A stretch of DNA of 60,462 nucleotides, filler included, from Platydemus manokwari (taxonomy: Eukaryota): assembly GCA_037951405.1 (NCBI GenBank). It is 5 parts of 5 records of this genome, joined end to end, with 100 filler letters (N's around TTAATTAATTAA, not from the genome) between each part and the next. Parts side by side here need not be neighbours in the genome. Positions count along the whole stretch, not along the records: positions 50,366 to 60,462 come from JBBMOY011169878.1; 4 more parts are not named here. One strand, 5' to 3'. Below the pieces are notes generated by a model. It was given only the letters and a program-made list of their open reading frames with translations. It was not told the origin of the DNA and ran no database searches. Positions 52,605 through 60,462 of the stretch are shown here, piece after piece. Position numbers and translations under genes: made by a program. Each line of letters begins with the position of its first letter. Position 1 is the stretch's first letter.

Positions 52605-54452
52605 TCAAGATGAGTGGATATTTTCAACTAATACTAGTGATTTATTATCTCTGAGTTCAGTTGACCATCTTTTAGCATTTAAAGCCTTATCACCTGGTCC
52701 TTGCAATCTGAAAACTAAGTCACGTTGAACAGTTCGATAATGATCTCTAAAAGGAAATTAAAATTTAGATAACAAACACATATTTATTACAAACCTCATT
52801 TCATTTCTCTGTTGATATGCCTTAGTTAATGTGATTTTAGTTTGAATTAATTGATTTTGCAGTTTTTTAAGTTCGAGTTTTAATTGATCTTTCTGTTGTA
52901 GTTTTTGTGTTCGACACCTGGTAGCAGCTCGTCTATTGATATAGCGTCTTCTTGCATTTGTCATTGCAGATAACTTGACAGAAAAAATAATACTAAGCAA
53001 CAAAATAACACAAGACTCTTAGATATTTATTGACAACCACATTGGAATTTAATATTCTCAATTGTTGATAAATTTAATGAGAAAATAATCATATCTTATA
53101 AAAATTAATCTTATTATTACAAAAAAAATCAAGATTATTATTTTCACATAAATTCTAACGACACTACATACATTTAAATATGTTCTACTTCTTGATGCAG
53201 TTCTTCTCGTATTCATAACTGAAATGTTGTTTGCATTTTCTTTTATTTAATATTACAAAATCTTGTTTTAAAATTTCTTAATAAACATTCAAGAAATTAT
53301 CAAATTATAATTAATAAATTGAAAATGTTAGTTATCAAATATTTAGATAAAAAATATAATATAAACACAGTTTTGAAATACCTGAATTTTTGTAAGATCT
53401 GCTCTAGATTTCATAGCTTTGAAAACTTCATGAGAAGACTGAGTAATATCATAATAATCATAAGGTACTCCTAGCATTCTTAATTGATATATTTCTCTTC
53501 TAATAGGCTTTGGCAAAGATTTCATATTTGAATCAGAAGTATTTTGATTATAATAATCAGTAGAGTATTCAGATTCACAATCAGATATATTATTTTCTTT
53601 ATCACCAAGTTCTTCACAGGAGTTAGCTGAAGTAGATGCTTCAGTAAAACTAGAATTATCAAACGAATTCCAATCACAGGCTTTCTAATTAATATATTTC
53701 TATAAAATTACTAGGAAAATAATATAGTACCAATTCCTCGAAGTTATCTGAAGGAAGTATTTCTTGCTGTTTAGTTCCATTTTCTAAGCAGATGATTTTG
53801 TGACAGTTTCCATCAAACTGCGGAATCGGATTATCTGCTGGTAAACTAAGTTGCATAAGATAATCTGGATTTATATGATTATCAATATTTTCTTCTGAAT
53901 ACAAATTTATTTCTAAAATTTTAGACTCCTCTTTAATATTATCGGCGATATTGTCAATAGAAGACTCATCGTAAATACTATCATTACTGGACAGTTGTGT
54001 GTCAAAAAAATTATAATTATCATCAAAATATAAGTCATCATTATATGGGAAATTCTGTCTATAATTGAAATTTTTCAGATTCTCTGAACTTTCCTATTAA
54101 AAAATTTAAAAAAACTCAAAAATGTTTCGACTTACATTATTAAGTAATTCAACACATGCTGCTCCAACGTTAGACTCCTTAAATTATTTGAAATTACATT
54201 GACCCAATAAATTAAATTTACCAGATCAGCAATCAACACTAAAACATTAAAAATATGTCTTCTAGATTCAGATCCAAAAAGTCTGTTATAAAGACTTAAT
54301 GGGGAATTTTTCATTTCTGATAAAAAATTTTCTCGAAAAAATAGTTTTGTCATACCTTTCAGAACATCTTTCAAATAAGTTAATGGTAATATGAATTTAG
54401 CCTTTTTAAATTTATAACTATAAATTTCAGAAAAATCAAAAGAATCAGACAT
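52605..54452 (-). CDS. Divergent CNC-bZIP transcription factor (Nrf/Cnc/NF-E2-like), 419 aa, 6 exons
   Basis: Exons 54452-54222, 54177-54136, 54093-53731, 53684-53382, 52973-52795 and 52746-52605, all in phase (1260 nt). An acidic middle region is followed by the CNC-like LRMLGVPYDYYDITQSSHEVFKAMKSRADLTKIQLSAM, the basic region RRRYINRRAATRCRTQKL, a leucine zipper, and a C-terminus resembling Neh3 (VFRLQGPG...SLVLV). Confidence 0.82.
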
Positions 54453-57055
54453 GAGTCAAAGATTAACGAAATTTTGTTGGAAGCTTTATTGTTTAACTAT
54501 GTTGTGTTCTTACTTATTTAAACAAACTCAACTAGAAATTTCGGATAATATAAATTTCAAATAATTGAAAAAATTAACTAAGGATAAAATTTAACATGAT
54601 TAATATTTTTTATTTTCAAGTGACAAAAAAACGAGTGACCATAATTCATGAATTTTTAGAATTTACTTTAATATTAACTATAAATCTTTCAAATTATGAA
54701 TTCCGTATTAAACGAATATCTAGATTATAAAATTTAAATTCAAATAATTGAAATTAGGAAATATATAATATTTTTACTAAAATAGTGAAAGAATTAGTAA
54801 TTAATAATTAAAAGCTTAATTTTAAGTGGTTTATTCGGCACCCATACATTTTATAACTTTTTAAAAAATTTCATTATATGGTCACAGAGTATTTAAATTA
54901 AAGTATTTGAGATTGTGGTCAAAAATACATGGCAGAACTGTCTCCATTATGGTGAATTTAAATAGTTTGAGTAAAATGAAACACAGAATTGTGAATACAG
55001 TTAAATGAACTCAATAATATTTCATAGATTTCTTCATTTTCTGCATATATTGATTTCTTTAACCAAAAGCTTTTTGCAACTTAGTTACTTCTTTAGGATA
55101 TTTCAGAACAGTTTTTTATGACTTTTAAAATCCAACTGGAAACAAATAGTATGATTTTATGCTCTGAAGTCCTGTTAGATATTCACAAACGCTGAATGCA
55201 CTAAATGTAATTTTAATCACAAAATTTCACTTTAAAATTAATCTACCAACAATTGCACTGTAAACATACTAAAGAACAAGCTCAATAATCAGTTCAGAAA
55301 CATAAATAGTAATAACAAAAGATTGGTTATTTAAATGATCAAGCAAATGATTAAGTTAGATAGTAACTTCTCTATTAATTCTGGTGTGATTGACTGTTCT
55401 TAGTGTTTGTTGCCTTTTGATGATGTATGTCAATTTATAATCAAATTATATTTATGGATTGATATTTTAGAGGTATCTGATTGGCTATTGGCAGAGTCTG
55501 GATGTATCAACCATTTTGAGGGTTTTCCATATGTACTTTTATTAGCTTCGTTTGACATCCAACACAACTGTTTCATTCATGACTATTTACGAAACTATTT
55601 TTTTGAAAATAATGTAATTAATTAAGTTTTTTAAAAAATTACAAATTAGATCTGATCAACGTTATGGTGTTTTATTCCAGCCCCACTATCTTATCAAAAA
55701 TAAAAAATCACCCATAATTAGAGATCCCTTAAAGAAAGGATATCTCAAAATAATAAATGTAAATTCAATCATTGTCAATCAAAATAGGTATAATAAAAAT
55801 TATTTGAGAAATTGAGTTTTTCTAGATGGGATGATTTCAAATAGCATTTCCAGCAAAGCATGAGTTATATAGTAGATCAATAACATTAATAATAATTACA
55901 AATTTTACTTGAAATGTTTTTGTAAAATCATAATACCCATAACATTCTTCAATACTATGTTCTTTTTGATACTAATAGTGAAATAAAAGATTAAGATAAG
56001 CTTGATTCATTATAAAAGAGGTCACAGTATATAATAGTCACAATAATTAACAATTATAGTCAAATTGATAACTGGTTACAAATAATAATTGGCTAAAGAA
56101 TTTTTAAATGTGCCAGATTTTTGTCATATAAGCTTTCTAAAATGTGATTGTAGAAGAAAATTGTGTAAAATTTTGAGTGCTGGAAGAAAATATGGTTATA
56201 TTCGATGAAAGAGATCCAATTTTTTAACAGGCTTTCAAATACTTTTTAACACATGCCGCATTAAAAAATATTGAAATAAATTTCAATAATCTTTTTTGAT
56301 GATTCTGAATCGAAATCAAGAAGCTCATATATTAACTGGAATTTCATAAAATTATCTTCTGCATTTAATATAAAATTAATTATTTTTTAAATTTCGTAAA
56401 CGAGTTTCAAATGACATATGGTACAAATTAATGATACAAACTATACAATATTTTTTAAAAGTATTTAAAATTTTTATTAAAATTATGATAATATTGATCA
56501 TAAGTTATATTAACGGTTTAAGTAAATTTATTTTATTGAATTATAAAAATGAAACTGCGAAAGACAATGAAGAAAGACATAACTAAGTTAGATAATTTAA
56601 TAGCTTATTATTTGTTAGTATGTTTTTAATGTTTTATTTATACTTGTTCGTTTGGTATTTAAATCTAGTTCTCAAGAAGTTGAGCTACGGAAAATAACAG
56701 AGCTGGATTTATGAAGTCAATCCAAGCACTTCACGACGTTTCAACTTTCATTATACCGATGTTTCGAAAAACAATGAAAGGAGTAAAATCTTTTTCTTTT
56801 AATAGGTTAGAAAGATAAGATAAATGAAAAGGAAGCCTTGACACACACTTCTAAGAGATGTTAAATAATTAAACAAATTATATTTGAATTTAAAATTACT
56901 TCAGATAGTTATGATTTATTTCACATATCAAGCCAAAATCAAGTCAAATAATTCATTACAAGAGTATTATAAATATTTATTAACTATATGTTAATAAAAT
57001 TACATAACAATTAAATTTAATGGCGACTTCAAAAATCATTTTATGAATCATTGGA

Positions 57056-59546
57056 TTAGTTTCGATAAGCCGGATTATTGTTACTGTGTGTTTCATTGGG
57101 ATTTTGACTGGTTTGAGGAATTGGATTTACAAACTCATTGGACGAATCTCCAACAATCAAAGAGTAAGCTGGGGGCTGATCCTCTGTTTGACCATTAGGT
57201 GTGTGATATATACGATCACTTCTTGTTGATTGGTTAGATCCTTGAACAGAATTAATTTTCGGGAAATTTGAATTTTGAATGTAAGGAGGTGGTCTTGGTA
57301 ATGGATCTATAGAAGAATAATCTGGTGGGTTTTGGTCACCTGCTACAAATTAGCATTTATACCAATTTCATTGTAAACTAAAAAAATCAAAAATACTTTA
57401 CTAAAATAAAGATTTTTATAAGGGTTATGAAGATTTGCTGATTGAACCATTTATTAATTCCATCATATACTCCATCACCGATAAAATGGTATCATAATAC
57501 TTTCTACTTAATAATATTGGGTAGTTCGTTCATTGATGGATTGAAACCCAAAGATCATTTTTTACGTTCATTATATTTTCATTAGCAAATTATGTTATAT
57601 TTCATATATCTCTTACAGTTTTAAAAGATGTTATGCTGTCCTCAATTAAAAGAGGTGATTTAAATTAATGTTAGAATAGAAAAAAGTGATGCATCAATAA
57701 TTCATATAATATATAAAGGTTATCAAGTAATATCTTTTTACTCGTGAAATATTTCCAATTATAAGTAATGCCATTATGAAATCTTACAGTAATTTAAGAG
57801 TTATACACAGAAGAGAAAACCATTAAATCTGTACATGTATTTAAGATTTCGTTAAAGTGAAAAATTAATAATTATTTTCAATTTTATAGGATTTTTCAAA
57901 TTTTCCAAGATATTTTTAACATTATAATTTGAAAAACTAGTTATAGAATAATTTAAAATATATAAAATAATTTATTAAATTCAAAATTATTCTGATCAAC
58001 ACGGCTACTATTCATTCCCCTCCAAGAATATTATTTTTAATGTTAGACTTTTTAAAAAAATAATTTGAAAGATATTACTACCGTTAACAACCATGAATGA
58101 TTTTTATTAATGATAAAATCAATCAAACCAAACCCAGAAAATAAGATCTATATTATGACGCTAGCCATATTAAAGATTATTCATCAAAATAAATTAAACA
58201 AAAATCAAATTTAATGGCTAGAAAGAGAAGAAACCTGGGTTTTTGCCATTTTTCAAATCCGATAAAAATCCAATCAATGTCTAAAATTTTTTACGCACAA
58301 TACCAAGATTTTTTATTAATAAAAATATATTTAAACACAGTAAAAACATTTGCTCAAATTTAATATCATTATGGTTGATGCAAAAGAAGTTGGGATTTTT
58401 TTTACATCGTCAAAAATTTCACCAAAAATATTGATACATTTGTAAAAATCTGATTACTCAAATACTCCATCTGGTCTACATTACAACAAATCATTTCTCT
58501 AGCTGATTGTGACCAATTCAATTGCTCTACCAACAAAGAACTTTAAACTTCTTTAATCAGACTTATTTGAACCAAAATTTATCAGCTTATGAATGACGGT
58601 CCGAATCCATAAGAAAACATTACATCTTCTGAACAACATTCTAAGTAAATCAATGAGATATACTATAAACTGAATCGCCTGGAGCAAATAGAGATTCAAT
58701 ATATTTTTGAACAACAAATACAACACGAGTAACATATTTTCCGGGAAATCTTTTTGTGATTTCAATGCTTGTAAAAACATGAATACAACTAGATAATGGC
58801 AAATAATTCTAACTCGAATTTTTTAAATTCATATTATACATTTGAATTATATAATTATATATTTTAATAATATAATTAGAGATTCCAAATATAGATGATA
58901 CAAGAAGTGTACTGAAATGAGAAATATCTAAATCGATATAAATAAAGAAAACATTTGAAACATTAATATTTTCACATCGAAATGGAAATACATTCCTTCT
59001 TAAAACATCAATTTTATAAATATTTAAAAATTCTATGAACGAATGAAACACATATTAGATGTAACTGTCAATGATGAGTTGTCAATAATAATGCCAATCT
59101 AAAAATACTTCAGTTTTCACTTTTGATTTTGTAACACATATTTATCTGCACAAAATATATCATATTATGTTTTGAAGGAAAACATGGTATTTATCAAAAT
59201 GTATATTGATTTAATTTTTCATATCAACGATTAATTATTTTGTCATTTAACATTATATATAAAATTTTAATGAAAGTAATAAACACCTGAATTATCTGCT
59301 CTTCTTGTGTCAGGAGTCATTATCGGGCGAACGCCAATCAAACGTTGTCGATAAAAAGAACCACTAAATATATTATTTCTTGTGATAGATCTATCATGGA
59401 ATTTAGCAACTAAAGCTCGTCTACTCATTCCACCAATGCAAGTAACTAAAACAATGACACCGAGGAAAAACACAACATTTGTCAACCATTTTAAATGACG
59501 GTAGCTGCAAGAATCATTGCATACACAAGGTTTAAGAACGAATTTT
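57056..59546 (-). CDS. Single-pass membrane protein with a PPxY x3 + NPxY cytoplasmic tail (5' exons unresolved)
   Basis: Exon ~59546-59287: CVCNDSC..WLTNVVFFLGVIVLVTCIGGMSRR (TM plus basic stop-transfer)...DNS G|gt. It joins in phase 1 to the terminal exon 57342-57056: GDQNPPDY...RPPPY...QPPAY...NNPAYRN*. Confidence 0.75.
58380..59130 (-). mobile_element. Decayed hAT transposase inside the intron of the PY-motif gene
   Basis: Colinear matches KYF*IGIIIDNSS...CFIR (FSxxxDEST..R), LVSSIFGISN (TDGAxN-like), SCIH (CxxH) and TRWS (TRWNS). Confidence 0.5.
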
Positions 59547-60449
59547 CTAAAATTCATCAGATATTTTATATTTTCACAACTTTTCAATAAAGCTATATAT
59601 ACTAAAGAAGTTCCGATTATAGAATTATTAATCTATTGATAATTGTTTTACGTGGGAATCCTTTAGTATTTATAACTAAATTAATGAAATGTAAACAAAC
59701 AAACATTGTATGCCTAAATATCACACGTAGATTATATGTAAGAGGAATATAAGGTCGAATAAGTGATTTAAGCCGCACAAGACATGTATTTGAAATTCTT
59801 TTGCGGACAGCAGATCCGAAATAAATGTGAGTCTAAAATTCAATAATCAACAAAAATAAATCAAATACAAATTATTTTTATTTACGGGTATCGAAGATCA
59901 TTTTTCGAATTTTAAATATCTTCATTTCGTCTTAATCATCTATATTGGATCTCTTACACATTGACCGTTGAAACAATTTTACAATAGTTTTTAGAAAAGT
60001 TTTTGTATGTGAAATATCGAATGTCAAGATATTTATAATTAAGGAAAAAATGTTCTATTGTAAGCAATATTGTAATAATGCTTTAAAAGATTTTTGATTT
60101 TAATAATTGATAAATCAGTGGACAAATCATCCTTAAAAATGAGTAAATATCTTAAATATAAAAAACTAACATTTCAGTAATTTTTTCTCAGAGTTTTCTA
60201 AAATTAGATTATTAAATATAAATATCTATGGTAACTAGAATCCCAACTTGTCTTCAAAGTAATTGAAAAGAAGTTTCAATGAAAAACTTAAAATTCTTTA
60301 AATAAAATTATTACATATATATATAACAATTAAAAGAATTTTTGGATAATATTTTTACAAATAATTCCGAAGATATTATCCATGGGATAAGAATGTAGTT
60401 AATCCGGGAAAGTATTCATGTTCTAATAAGATATCATAACCCTTTACAG

Positions 60450-60462
60450 CAGGGGTCTCCAA
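60450..60462 (+). mobile_element. Left terminus of a second hAT element of the same TIR family (cut by the window edge)
   Basis: CAGGGGTCTCCAA, identical to the TIR at 4638, preceded by CTTTACAG (TA-centred 8-mer). Confidence 0.8.

Noticed and set aside
58440-58510. MICCNVDQMEYL as an NPC1 N-terminal domain
   Set aside because: Lacks the following RCPSC; an alternate frame (TRWS) fits the colinear hAT transposase better.
1-60462. tRNA, rRNA, snRNA or spliced-leader RNA genes
   Set aside because: No cloverleaf, T-loop context or conserved RNA sequence was recognised by eye. A covariance-model scan would be needed to exclude them.

Overview
Very AT-rich eukaryotic (animal) genomic DNA. The 42-60 nt introns, the gene families and the repeat content suggest a flatworm such as a planarian; this is an inference. 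The window is not one continuous locus. It consists of five pieces joined by four identical 100-bp spacers (44 N + TTAATTAATTAA + 44 N). Genes reconstructed by hand: a single-exon class A GPCR of the melatonin/Moody/GPR84-like group, a two-exon Ly6/uPAR three-finger protein, a 5-exon ROPN1L with an RFX X-box, a 3-exon GH99 endo-alpha-mannosidase (MANEA), the last two exons of a Raf kinase, a 6-exon divergent CNC-bZIP (Nrf/Cnc-like) factor lying tail-to-tail with Raf, and the 3' part of a single-pass membrane protein with three PPxY motifs plus an NPxY motif. The rest is mostly decayed mobile DNA: Ty3/Gypsy, Ty1/Copia, LINE, hAT (including an intact MITE with an 8-bp TSD), mariner and possibly piggyBac. 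The least obvious signal is absent from the ORF track: heavily decayed Polinton/Maverick-like genes. A protein-primed PolB and an A32-type packaging ATPase lie at about 50-2860 (-), and major- and minor-capsid-like remnants at about 19450-21300 (+). These remnant calls rest on motif matching by eye and need profile searches. No rRNA, tRNA or CRISPR arrays were seen.
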